Shown here: positions 55,317 to 64,000 of the stretch, in pieces
Position numbering within the stretch: position 1 is the first letter of the stretch
How the letters are laid out: every line of letters starts with the position of its first letter
NCBI GenBank assembly: GCA_044226015.1
Contig: JBGAHS010000007.1
Location: forward strand, 448,001 to 512,000
Length of the DNA: 64,000 nt
Direction of reading: 5' to 3'
Source: Candidatus Obscuribacteraceae bacterium
GTDB taxonomy: Bacteria; Cyanobacteriota; Vampirovibrionia; Obscuribacterales; Obscuribacteraceae
The notes under the pieces: generated by a model
What the model was told of the DNA's origin: nothing
Database searches by the model: none
Seen by the model: the letters and a program-made list of their open reading frames with translations, nothing else
Made by a program: the position numbers and the translations under genes

Positions 55317-58300
55317 CCGGGTAAACTGATGGTGAGCTGATCGGACTCTTGTTTTGAATCACCGCGAACACCAGGGGCAATACCGTCAAAGCTGCAAGTG
55401 TTGACATAATGAGCCCGCCAATTACCGCTCTTCCGAGAGGTGCACTGGTCTGTCCGCCTTCGCTTAGCGCCAGTGCCATTGGTATCATACCTGCCACCAT
55501 CGCGCTCGATGTCATAAGAATTGGGCGAAGTCTCTCTTGAGCTCCTTCCAAGCCTGCTTCAAAAGATGTTTTGCCCTCAACGCGGTTCTTTTCTGCAAAG
55601 ACAACAAGCAAAATTGCGTTTGATACTCCGACACCTATGGACATAATCGCGCCCATGAATGACTCTACATTGATTGTTGTGTGAGTGAGGAAGAGAGAAA
55701 GCAATACACCGCATGTGATGGCAGGTAGAGTTGAAAGTACAATTGCTGCGACTCTCAGCGATTGGAAATAACCAGTCAGCATCAAGAAGATAACGCCGAC
55801 TGCCAGACCCAAGCCTGTGAAGAGGTGTGTGAATGTCTCATGCAAAACCGGTACCTGCCCTGCGAGTTTGACTCTGACGCTGCGGGGTGGTTTTCCTGCT
55901 CGTTTCATTGCGGCTTCGACTTCATCGCCGACTTTGCCGAGGTCCATACCTGAAATGTTTGCAGTCAGAGAGACAAGGCGCATCATGTTGTCGCGGTCGT
56001 ATTCACCTATGCACTCACCATAATTCACGCTGGCCACGTCACCAAGCAAGGGGTGCAGATTCTTTTCTGTCAACATGGTCGGGAAGTTTTTCAGCGACTC
56101 AATGGTCTGCATTTGGTTTTGTGGAACCTGAACCTGCACCTGGTAAGCTACGCCGGTTTTGCGATCCATCCAGTAATTTTGCAGAATGTAGCGACTTGAA
56201 GATGTTGCAGGAACGATAGAGTCACCAACTTGATGTGGTGTCAGTTTATATTGCCCTGCAAGCTCTCTATCGATGTTTATATCGACTGTGGGGTAGTGCA
56301 AAGGTTGCCCATATTGAAGGTCGCGAAGATACTTGATTTTCTCAAGTTCAACGCGCAACTTTTCAGCATAGGTTCGGCAAACTTCGATATCAGGTCCTTT
56401 AACTAGCACCGAAATTGGTGTCGTCGAACCAAAGTTCATAATCTGGCTTACGAGGTCACCTGGCTCGAATGAGAAGCGCATGTCTGGAAGTTCTTTGCCA
56501 AAAACGTCACGCAGTTTGTTTTTGAAAACTTCGAGATCTATCTTCGCCTCATCACGAAGTTTTACGTCCATAACAGCTTCATGCGGGCCGCTGGTCCACA
56601 AAAACGCAGAGTTAAGTACGAATTGCACTGGTTGTTGACCGGCATAGCCAAGGCTTGCCAGAACATTGCCTGGACCTGCCTCGCGTTTGATTATGTCGAG
56701 TACTTGAAGCACCTTCTTTTCGGTTACTTCAACACGTGTACCGGTTTGGCAGCGAATGCGCACGCGGAATTCATCTGTGTCCGAATTTGGGAACATCTCT
56801 CTTCCGATTAGTGGGAAAAGAAGCACGCTGAGGCTGATGAACACGGCAAGATATATCGCAATCACTATCTTCGGAAACTTCATCAGTGCTTTTACAATCG
56901 ATGCATGGAAGTTCTTCAGATGGGTGAATGGTCCCTCTTTTTCCTCTTCTTCCTTGTGCTTGATGAGATAAACAGATAAGACCGGAACCAGCGAGCTGGA
57001 CATAATAAATGACCAGATCATACAGAAGCCAACGGATAGAGAGAGCGGCACAAACAGTGAGCGAACGATGCCCGTCATAAAGAATGAAGGCACGAAAACT
57101 GCAATGATTGATAACATCGCTAGCAATCGCGGAACGCGAGTTTCAATACCTGCCATCAAGGTTGCACGAGTGATTTTTTCGCCACGCGCAAGATGAGAGT
57201 GAATGTTCTCAATGTCTACTGTCGCTTCGTCGACGAGAATACCAATCGCCAGTGACAAACCAGACAGCGTTTGGATGTTAATTGTTTGTCCAGTTAAGTA
57301 GAGGCTCAAGCATGCGCCAAGCAACACGCAGGGAATTGTGGTTACAACTATTATTGTGCTGCGTATGTCGCGCAAGAAAAGGAAGATCATTATGCCTGGC
57401 AATATGGCGCCTAGCGCGCCTTCCATTAATAGACCAGCGATAGAATTGGTTACGTGCTTAGATTGGTCAAAGTGATAGCTCAAGTTGACGTTTTTTGGAA
57501 GCAAGTCTTGCATTGAAGGCAAGTGATCTTTCAGCGCATTGACCACAGACACAGTGGATGCATCAGCTCGTTTGATAAGAGGAACGTAAACGGTTCGCCT
57601 TCCATTATATAGAGCGTAGCCTGCCAGAATGTCGCTGGCGTCTGAGACGGTCGCAATGTCTCTGAGAAACACTGTAGGACCTGGTCCCATTTTAATGGGC
57701 AAATAATCTAATTGATGGATGTCAGGCAGGTCTGTGTTTATTGGCGTTATTTGCATATAATCGCCAATACGCACGTTTCCGGCGGGAGTCACCATGTTTC
57801 CAGTGGCAAGGGCGTTAACTATCATGTCACCAGAAATGTTGTACTGTCGCAGCTTCTCGGCATTGACATTGATGACAATGGTTCGGGCGTTGCCTCCGAA
57901 CGGTGGTGGCGCAGTTGCACCGGGAATGGTGCCCAGGTCGGGGCGCACACGCACGAAAGCAAGGTCTTGCAACCTATCAATACTTGCGTCTTTGCTATCT
58001 AAGACTAACTGTCCGACGGGCAAGCTACCCGCGTCAAATCTCAAGACGAAGGGTTCCAGTACGCCAGGTGGCATCAATGACCGCGCGCGTGACACCATTG
58101 CGACGCAAGTGGAGAGTGCTTCCGCCATATCTGTGCCGGGGTGGAAGAACACTTTCATCATCGCTACGTTTTGAATTGATTGCGACTCGATGTGGTCGAT
58201 TCCTGGAATGTACAGGAAGTGCACTTCGTAAGTCGAAACGATGTAACCTTCCATCTGGTTGGGTGCCATACCGCCGTAGCCCTGTACCACGTAAATTACT

Positions 58301-58428
58301 GGTAGATTCAGGTCTGGGAAGATGTCTTGCTTCATCGAGCCAATGCCAAAAATTGACACCAGCATGATGCTAACGATAGCAACAAACACGGTTATAGGGT
58401 GTTTCATCGAAACGATTTGCAACCACAT
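55300..58428 (-). CDS. RND efflux permease (AcrB/NolG-like)
   Basis: DIFPDLNLPVIYV, LAIGILVDEATV.IEN and RLRPILMT. Confidence 0.92.
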   Translation of the reverse strand: MWLQIVSMKHPITVFVAIVSIMLVSIFGIGSMKQDIFPDLNLPVIYVVQGYGGMAPNQMEGYIVSTYEVHFLYIPGIDHIESQSIQNVAMMKVFFHPGTDMAEALSTCVAMVSRARSLMPPGVLEPFVLRFDAGSLPVGQLVLDSKDASIDRLQDLAFVRVRPDLGTIPGATAPPPFGGNARTIVINVNAEKLRQYNISGDMIVNALATGNMVTPAGNVRIGDYMQITPINTDLPDIHQLDYLPIKMGPGPTVFLRDIATVSDASDILAGYALYNGRRTVYVPLIKRADASTVSVVNALKDHLPSMQDLLPKNVNLSYHFDQSKHVTNSIAGLLMEGALGAILPGIMIFLFLRDIRSTIIVVTTIPCVLLGACLSLYLTGQTINIQTLSGLSLAIGILVDEATVDIENIHSHLARGEKITRATLMAGIETRVPRLLAMLSIIAVFVPSFFMTGIVRSLFVPLSLSVGFCMIWSFIMSSSLVPVLSVYLIKHKEEEEKEGPFTHLKNFHASIVKALMKFPKIVIAIYLAVFISLSVLLFPLIGREMFPNSDTDEFRVRIRCQTGTRVEVTEKKVLQVLDIIKREAGPGNVLASLGYAGQQPVQFVLNSAFLWTSGPHEAVMDVKLRDEAKIDLEVFKNKLRDVFGKELPDMRFSFEPGDLVSQIMNFGSTTPISVLVKGPDIEVCRTYAEKLRVELEKIKYLRDLQYGQPLHYPTVDINIDRELAGQYKLTPHQVGDSIVPATSSSRYILQNYWMDRKTGVAYQVQVQVPQNQMQTIESLKNFPTMLTEKNLHPLLGDVASVNYGECIGEYDRDNMMRLVSLTANISGMDLGKVGDEVEAAMKRAGKPPRSVRVKLAGQVPVLHETFTHLFTGLGLAVGVIFLMLTGYFQSLRVAAIVLSTLPAITCGVLLSLFLTHTTINVESFMGAIMSIGVGVSNAILLVVFAEKNRVEGKTSFEAGLEGAQERLRPILMTSSAMVAGMIPMALALSEGGQTSAPLGRAVIGGLIMSTLAALTVLPLVFAVIQNKSPISSPSVYPDDRGE

Positions 58429-58429
58429 A

Positions 58430-59953
58430 CTACTGGCTCGTTGCCTCCGCTTCTCTTACTAAATCCATGAATGGCTTAAGGTCGCCGTTCGCATATGACA
58501 CCGATAATAGTGCCCGCCAGATTCTCACTTGGGCTACTGCATCTTGCACCAGTGCATTTTGCAAGATTCGCTGTGCTTCAGCAACTTCAAGAACATTTGA
58601 AAGACCTACCCTATATCTTTCTGTTGCTTTAAGTTCATTCTCTTTTGCTGCAGTTACCAGCGCTGGCGTTTCATCAGCGAGCCTGTGTGCCTTGTTTAGC
58701 AGCACCATAGCTCGTGCATCTTTCTTCAAAATCTTCTGAACGGCGAGGTCATAGTTCGCCTTCTCATCGGCTTCTGATTGTTGGGCGATACGCTCTTTCG
58801 CTTTAATTTCGTAGTAACTCAGGAATGGAAAGTCTATGCCAAAGCCAGCGATGTAGTTTGCGTTTTGTGGCAGTATTCCTGCCGCAACAGGGGTGGAATC
58901 TACTCTTGAGCCACTGCCGCGCGCCCAGATGCCAGAGTGAAACCACAATCGCGGTCTATACATCTTCTGAACCTGTATCACCTGCGAATGTGCAGTCGAG
59001 ACGATTGCCGCATGATGCATTACAAACGGGTGGTCTTCAGGAGGTTTGCGTGCATTTACATCGCGCTTTGGCGAACGTATCCACGGGGCACCATCGACGG
59101 TGACTATCTTGCCCGCTATGCCCATCGCCTCTGCGAGGTCGACAACAGCAAGTTCCTCTGCGCTTTCTGCATCAATTAATGCCATCTTTGCTGCTGCCAG
59201 GTCGGCATCTGCTCTTGATGCATCTACACCCGGTCGCAAGCCTTTATCAACTAGCGTGTGAACGATCAAGTCGTAAGCTTTCATTCGGTCAACAATGGCT
59301 TGCTGAGCCCTTATCACTTCTCGTGTTTCAACAACTGTAAGAAAGGAATCGGCAGCGGTGCTGGCTACATCTAAGGCCATCAACTTCATACCGGCGTTAG
59401 ATTGAGCGACCATCGAGCGTGCCACCATTACTCGCGAATGGCGCTGCCCCCAGTCATAGATAAGCCAGGAGAAGTTGACACCGAAATCGTTTGAGAAAAT
59501 GCTTTTGAAAGTGGAAGTGTTATTCGCTGGACCAGTTTGAGTTGGAATAACATTAAGTGGCTGCGGAAAAATGGTTCCAGCAATGTTGTTGGTCGTCGAG
59601 CGCATCTCCTGCGCTAACACATCGAAAGTCGGTAGATAAGCGGTTTTCGCAAGTGTGACTTCGTTGCTGCTTCGATTGATCTTCGCTTGCGCTGCACGCA
59701 ACGTCGGGAAGTTGCGAATGGCTGTATCAACCGATGCACTCAGCTTATACACCGGCTTTGGTGGCTCACGCAAAATCGGAGCTTCGACGCTCAATGGTGA
59801 ATCTGTTGCTGCAAAAACCTGCTGCTGGCAAAAGGCTAGCCAGAGCCAGAGCAAAGAAAGCAGAAGTCCACGTATGTTGGTTGCCATTAGTAAGATGCTG
59901 AATGCAGTACGAGCGAACGAGCAATGCCGGTTCGTCAGGAAATCCTGAAGCAT
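58430..59953 (-). CDS. TolC-family outer membrane factor
   Basis: AYLP, YDWGQR, GLRPGVD and RYRVGLS..LEV.EAQ; first gene of the tripartite operon. Confidence 0.88.
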   Translation of the reverse strand: MLQDFLTNRHCSFARTAFSILLMATNIRGLLLSLLWLWLAFCQQQVFAATDSPLSVEAPILREPPKPVYKLSASVDTAIRNFPTLRAAQAKINRSSNEVTLAKTAYLPTFDVLAQEMRSTTNNIAGTIFPQPLNVIPTQTGPANNTSTFKSIFSNDFGVNFSWLIYDWGQRHSRVMVARSMVAQSNAGMKLMALDVASTAADSFLTVVETREVIRAQQAIVDRMKAYDLIVHTLVDKGLRPGVDASRADADLAAAKMALIDAESAEELAVVDLAEAMGIAGKIVTVDGAPWIRSPKRDVNARKPPEDHPFVMHHAAIVSTAHSQVIQVQKMYRPRLWFHSGIWARGSGSRVDSTPVAAGILPQNANYIAGFGIDFPFLSYYEIKAKERIAQQSEADEKANYDLAVQKILKKDARAMVLLNKAHRLADETPALVTAAKENELKATERYRVGLSNVLEVAEAQRILQNALVQDAVAQVRIWRALLSVSYANGDLKPFMDLVREAEATSQ

Positions 59954-60053
59954 TCAGATTATCATATTAAAGTTAGCGATTCCTGACAGGATGCCAATCT
60001 GCAAGGTCTTTTAACGGAATTTGATCTGAAGTGTTCTTGACTAGGGAATCAAG

Positions 60054-61244
60054 TTAGCTGAACTTCGATTTCAATCTGAGAAACGGCTGTTCGATGACGT
60101 AATAGGACAAAGCTGACGCCGCAAATATTGCGGCGAATTCAGCCAGCTCGGCTGGACCAGGGTGCCTGGCGACGAATGCCGCGAAGCATAAAAAGAATGC
60201 ACCATGTACCAGAGTGTGCCAAAGATAGATGCTGTAAGAGAGTCGCCCAACGGCAACCGCCAGCGGGTTCGACAAAAACTTCGCAATGAGCCCATATGGG
60301 GCCGTGAGTATTGAGCATATGCTCAAACAAATTAAGCTCAGGCTAGCAGGCATTTTAACTGCCCAGAAAAATAACTGCCCTGACTTGCCGCCATCTTGAG
60401 GATGTCCCAAATAGATGAATGATATTGCAGTAAGAGTGAACAAGACAATTTGGGCGAATGTTGAGCCCAAGATCTTGCGAGTTTTTTCGCGGAAGTCTTC
60501 GTTAACGAATAAAAGCGCGAGCAGTACGCCTAGCATTATGGTATCAAGTTTGGTATCGAAGCCTGCCGTCAATCTCAGCCATGGTGCCCCTGAATTAACC
60601 AGGTAGATTCGCCAGAAGTAGACTGTTGCGATGATTACTGTTACTGCTTTTGCCGCGTGTTGCTTTAGATATTTCAAGCTCGCCGGCCAGAGCAAATAAA
60701 ACTGTTCTTCCATTGCTAGCGACCACAAATGATTCAGCCCTATGTTTAGTGGTATCACCCCCCAATCAAAAGCCATATTCAAGTTCGTCAGATAGAGCGC
60801 CGCATAGACATACGGTGCTGCATGATGATTGCCTGTGAAGCATTGGAATGCTAGCGCGACGACCAAGAAAGTGTAGTAAGCAGGTGCGATTCTCAAGGAT
60901 CGACGTATGTAGAATTTCTTCAAGCTGAAGGAGCCATCGGCACTTTGAGTTGACTCTTTCAGCAATATTGACGTGATGAGATAGCCGCTTATGACGAAGA
61001 AAACGTCGACGCCGACCCAACCATTGAAGAATTTTCCGATTTGCGCGCTAACCGGGCCAATGCTGTGAAAACCAAGAACGAGCAATATCGAAATTGCTCT
61101 GAGACCATCGAGCGCTGGCAGGTAGCTGATTGCTTGTTTCGCACTGTGAGCTGACTGCGAAGCTGCTTTTCGCGCAACTGCGACCGACGAAGTTTTTGCT
61201 TCGAATGCATTCTCTTCTTCGATTATGGTGCTATGGTTGCTCAA
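60054..61244 (-). CDS. Acyltransferase family 3 (OafA-like)
   Basis: LDGLRAI, GVDVFFVISGYLIT, FYIRR..RI.P, HLWSLAMEEQFY and GRLSYSIYLWH. Confidence 0.92.
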   Translation of the reverse strand: MSNHSTIIEEENAFEAKTSSVAVARKAASQSAHSAKQAISYLPALDGLRAISILLVLGFHSIGPVSAQIGKFFNGWVGVDVFFVISGYLITSILLKESTQSADGSFSLKKFYIRRSLRIAPAYYTFLVVALAFQCFTGNHHAAPYVYAALYLTNLNMAFDWGVIPLNIGLNHLWSLAMEEQFYLLWPASLKYLKQHAAKAVTVIIATVYFWRIYLVNSGAPWLRLTAGFDTKLDTIMLGVLLALLFVNEDFREKTRKILGSTFAQIVLFTLTAISFIYLGHPQDGGKSGQLFFWAVKMPASLSLICLSICSILTAPYGLIAKFLSNPLAVAVGRLSYSIYLWHTLVHGAFFLCFAAFVARHPGPAELAEFAAIFAASALSYYVIEQPFLRLKSKFS

Positions 61245-61671
61245 TTGCTTCCGTTTGTCAGGCTGTGTAGCGAACGCGAGTGAGAAACCTGTTGCCGGGT
61301 TTCTCCCGCTGCTGTCTTTCGCAGTTCACAAAATGCTGGAAAGTCAGACTGTAGAATCTTAGAGCCAATTTGCCAAGAGTTCATTAGGAGGATCTTACGC
61401 CGGTCGTACACACCCGAAGAAACAGTTAAAGTCTTACTCACGGGCGGAAACCTGTTCGAGATAGGTTTCTTAGGGTGCGCAATAGGACGTTTGCGCATTA
61501 AATTGAACTAAGTCACACTTGCAAAGATAAGGCGGTTGCTTGCGGATGCTGGGTTGGTCTCCCAAACTTCTCTCTGCTTGCTGATGCTGCAGTCGGGATC
61601 GGGTGCTGCGAGACTCAGGCTACGATGTCGGCGGACCGGGGAGCGGCGCAGTTACAGACATCCGGGGCGAT

Positions 61672-61751
61672 CGGGGCTCGGGAGGGGCGCACGGGGCTCG
61701 GGAGGGGCGCACGGGGCTCGGGAGGGGCGCACGGGGCTCGGGAGGGGTGCA
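61672..61751. repeat. 20-bp G-rich tandem repeat x4
   Basis: CGGGGCTCGGGAGGGGCGCA at 61672, 61692, 61712 and 61732 (last copy has one mismatch). Confidence 0.92.
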
Positions 61752-61803
61752 GTTAAAGACATTCGGGTCGATCGGGGCTCGTGAGGGACGCCAGGACGGC
61801 GCG

Positions 61804-61912
61804 CCAGCACGGACCTCCAGTACGGACCTCCAGTACGGACCTCCAGCACGGACCTCCAGCACGGACCTCCAGTACGGACCTCCAGCACGGACCTCCAGCA
61901 CGGACCTCCAGT
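61804..61912. repeat. 13-bp tandem repeat x8
   Basis: CCAGYACGGACCT eight times from 61804. Confidence 0.92.
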
Positions 61913-62072
61913 GCCTTGTGACTTACTTCAAAAGGAAACTCGTCAGAAAGAGTCCACAATGTAGTGCAGGGGTGTCTTTTGAGGTTATTTAAGCATCGAA
62001 CTGGGTATGAAAACTGTGTCCGCATTAGCTTGCGGTCGCAGTCGCGAAATCGTTCAATTTCAGGAGTCGATT

Positions 62073-63080
62073 ATGGCACAGCCAGCTGATAAGCCCGATG
62101 AGCAACCAAAAGAGAAATCACTGGGTGGACCATTTGACCCGCCGGGGCAGAAGGTTGATGTGATAGGCGATTTCGTGCAGCAGTTGAATTCTGCCAGCCC
62201 AGACTGCAAAGCCTTGTATAAGTCCAACAAGACTGCTCAAGATATCACAGCATTACAATTTGATTCCTGCTACTACGGTCAAACTAACAAAGCTGGACGA
62301 TCACTCGAACTCACGGCACCTGTTATGAAGCCTGGTGCTGATGGGACGCCACGCCCCGAGCCGGAAAAACTCACAACTGAGGGGCTGACGAAAGACAGCC
62401 GAAGACTTGATGTATATGTACATGCACTGCCTGCGGTGCGTCCTGTGTCATTTGCTATGCCTGATGGTAAGACGGTGGCTGGCACCGCTGCGATGATCAC
62501 ACAAGATGGATTGATGGTCACAAACAAGCATGTAACCGACGGCTCCAACGGTACGTTGCAAGTGAAAATGTTGCGCCCTGATGGCACAGAAGAGCTGCGC
62601 AATGCCAGAGTCGTCAAGGAAAACCCTGGGCAAGACCTTGCACTTTTGCAAGTAGATCGAGCTGTTGGTGAAACTTTCGCTGCGCTGCCTCTAAGTAAGT
62701 CTACTTCATGGCGAAAAGATGAGCCGCTCGTCGAGATGGGGAACGCGAACGGCGAAGGCAAAATCAGCATGGCGAAAGCCACTTACGGACGAATGTTAAA
62801 CCAGAGCGATATCAATTTTAAAGACCCACCTGCTGATGTGCTCCCCGGAAGAACAGTTTTCCAACTTGGTGCGACTGTACCGCATGGTTATTCGGGTGGT
62901 GTTCTGTTGAGTCTGCCTGGCTCTGATAAGGATAGTAATGGTGTGGTGCATAGAAACGGCACTTCTGCAATACGCGGAGTGACTGTTTACAGCGACCTGG
63001 ACCACAAGTCTTACATCATTCCTGCAGCCCGCGTTCAGTTTATGCTTGACCAGTACCTAAAAGAGAGAGACAAGAAGTAG
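62073..63080 (+). CDS. Trypsin-like serine protease
   Basis: VTNKHV, DLALL and GYSGG triad; AGGAG SD before ATG 62073. Confidence 0.82.
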   Translation: MAQPADKPDEQPKEKSLGGPFDPPGQKVDVIGDFVQQLNSASPDCKALYKSNKTAQDITALQFDSCYYGQTNKAGRSLELTAPVMKPGADGTPRPEPEKLTTEGLTKDSRRLDVYVHALPAVRPVSFAMPDGKTVAGTAAMITQDGLMVTNKHVTDGSNGTLQVKMLRPDGTEELRNARVVKENPGQDLALLQVDRAVGETFAALPLSKSTSWRKDEPLVEMGNANGEGKISMAKATYGRMLNQSDINFKDPPADVLPGRTVFQLGATVPHGYSGGVLLSLPGSDKDSNGVVHRNGTSAIRGVTVYSDLDHKSYIIPAARVQFMLDQYLKERDKK

Positions 63081-64000
63081 TGCTAAGTTCAGGTGCTAGA
63101 GGAATTCTTTCACTTGTTCTAATTTCTTTCCTCGCTTATTGTCCAGCTTTTGCTGAGGAAAAAAAATTGAGTGAATCTGAGCAAGCAGAGTCTCTAATTG
63201 AACTGGCAAAACAATTTCGAGAAAAGAGTGGTTCTGTAGGTTTGTTGCAGGAATATTCGCTTGCAGAGCTGATAAAAGGTAAGCTCTCTGACGACGCTGA
63301 CCCGACGGGGTTCTGGCAAGACTTTGCAAATCGTGCATGTTTTTGGGGCGATATAAAAGGATGCGAATTCGCTTATGACCAGGTTAGCCACCGCAGCTGG
63401 TGCCCTCCTGGTCCGTTGTTAGACTGCGAATTGTCAAAATACCGTTCAGCCGATGCAATTGACTTCATCGTTCGAAACGCTGATTCTCACAATGTCATTA
63501 TGATTGGCGAAGAACACATGATGCCACAATCGCGATGCTTGATGCTGCCGATATTGCGTGAATTGAAGAAAAAGGGCTACGAATACTTTGCTGCCGAAAC
63601 CTTCTCTGATGAAATTTCAGTTTCAGCAGAGAGCAAGTACGTAAAGAGACATGCTGGCTATTACACTGAAGACCCTGTATTTGCCGAAGCAGTGAATGAG
63701 GCATTGAAGCTTGGCTACAAATTGGTCTCCTATGAATGTGTGACATTGCCTGAGGACTCTGAGAAAATGAGCCCTACGCAGAAGACCAATTATCGAGAAA
63801 AACAGCAAGCTTCTCGGCTTTTCGCTAAGACGCTTGAAAAGAATGCAGCAGCGAAAGTTCTTGTTTGGGCGGGTCGAGGGCACGTGTACACGGAGATTCC
63901 TGAGTTCACAAAGAAGAGCGATGATCAATGGTGCCCAATGGGTTATTGCTTCTCGCAGCTTGCTGGCTCCAAGCCACTATCGCTGATTTTGCGAGAATTT
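63080..64000 (+). CDS. Secreted protein, EreA/ChaN/Tiki-superfamily-like (3'-truncated; not in ORF track)
   Basis: GTG overlaps the preceding TAG and the frame is open to the window end. Signal peptide …CPAFA; VIMIGEEH, GYEYFAAETF, GYYTEDP, RE..QA and WAGRGHV. Confidence 0.7.
   Translation, partial: MLSSGARGILSLVLISFLAYCPAFAEEKKLSESEQAESLIELAKQFREKSGSVGLLQEYSLAELIKGKLSDDADPTGFWQDFANRACFWGDIKGCEFAYDQVSHRSWCPPGPLLDCELSKYRSADAIDFIVRNADSHNVIMIGEEHMMPQSRCLMLPILRELKKKGYEYFAAETFSDEISVSAESKYVKRHAGYYTEDPVFAEAVNEALKLGYKLVSYECVTLPEDSEKMSPTQKTNYREKQQASRLFAKTLEKNAAAKVLVWAGRGHVYTEIPEFTKKSDDQWCPMGYCFSQLAGSKPLSLILREF

Overview
A gene-dense bacterial chromosomal window with about 55 CDS and no rRNA, tRNA, CRISPR or transposase that I could recognise. 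Several proteins look cyanobacterial (SigG-like ECF sigma with the APDW motif, DesC-like desaturase, KaiB/KaiC), but no photosynthesis genes are present. Together with the eukaryote-like kinases and TPR proteins, this suggests a non-photosynthetic cyanobacterial relative (Vampirovibrionia/Melainabacteria, Obscuribacterales-like); the taxonomy is inferred, not proven. The most striking locus (38548-44432) is a complete putative clock module. A tight operon, kaiB-kaiC-[pseudo-receiver/PAS/His-kinase]-[kinase-less biliverdin-type bacteriophytochrome], is transcribed divergently from a KaiA3-like protein whose receiver phospho-Asp is replaced by Cys. Other highlights are: an unannotated 57-aa RiPP-precursor-like peptide (…ELETLVAG…CSGSCSGSCK) directly upstream of a GRDP/DUF1399-like His-rich protein; a PaaA/PaaC-like di-iron pair coupled to a stand-alone BoxA-type ferredoxin; a leader-peptide and hairpin 5' UTR on mgtE; a membrane pseudokinase-TPR protein; and several unrelated intergenic tandem arrays, including a telomere-like (TTCGGG)n tract with higher-order repeats. 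The remainder is transport (two RND systems, MgtE, ChrA), stress, protease, Tad pseudopilin and regulatory genes.
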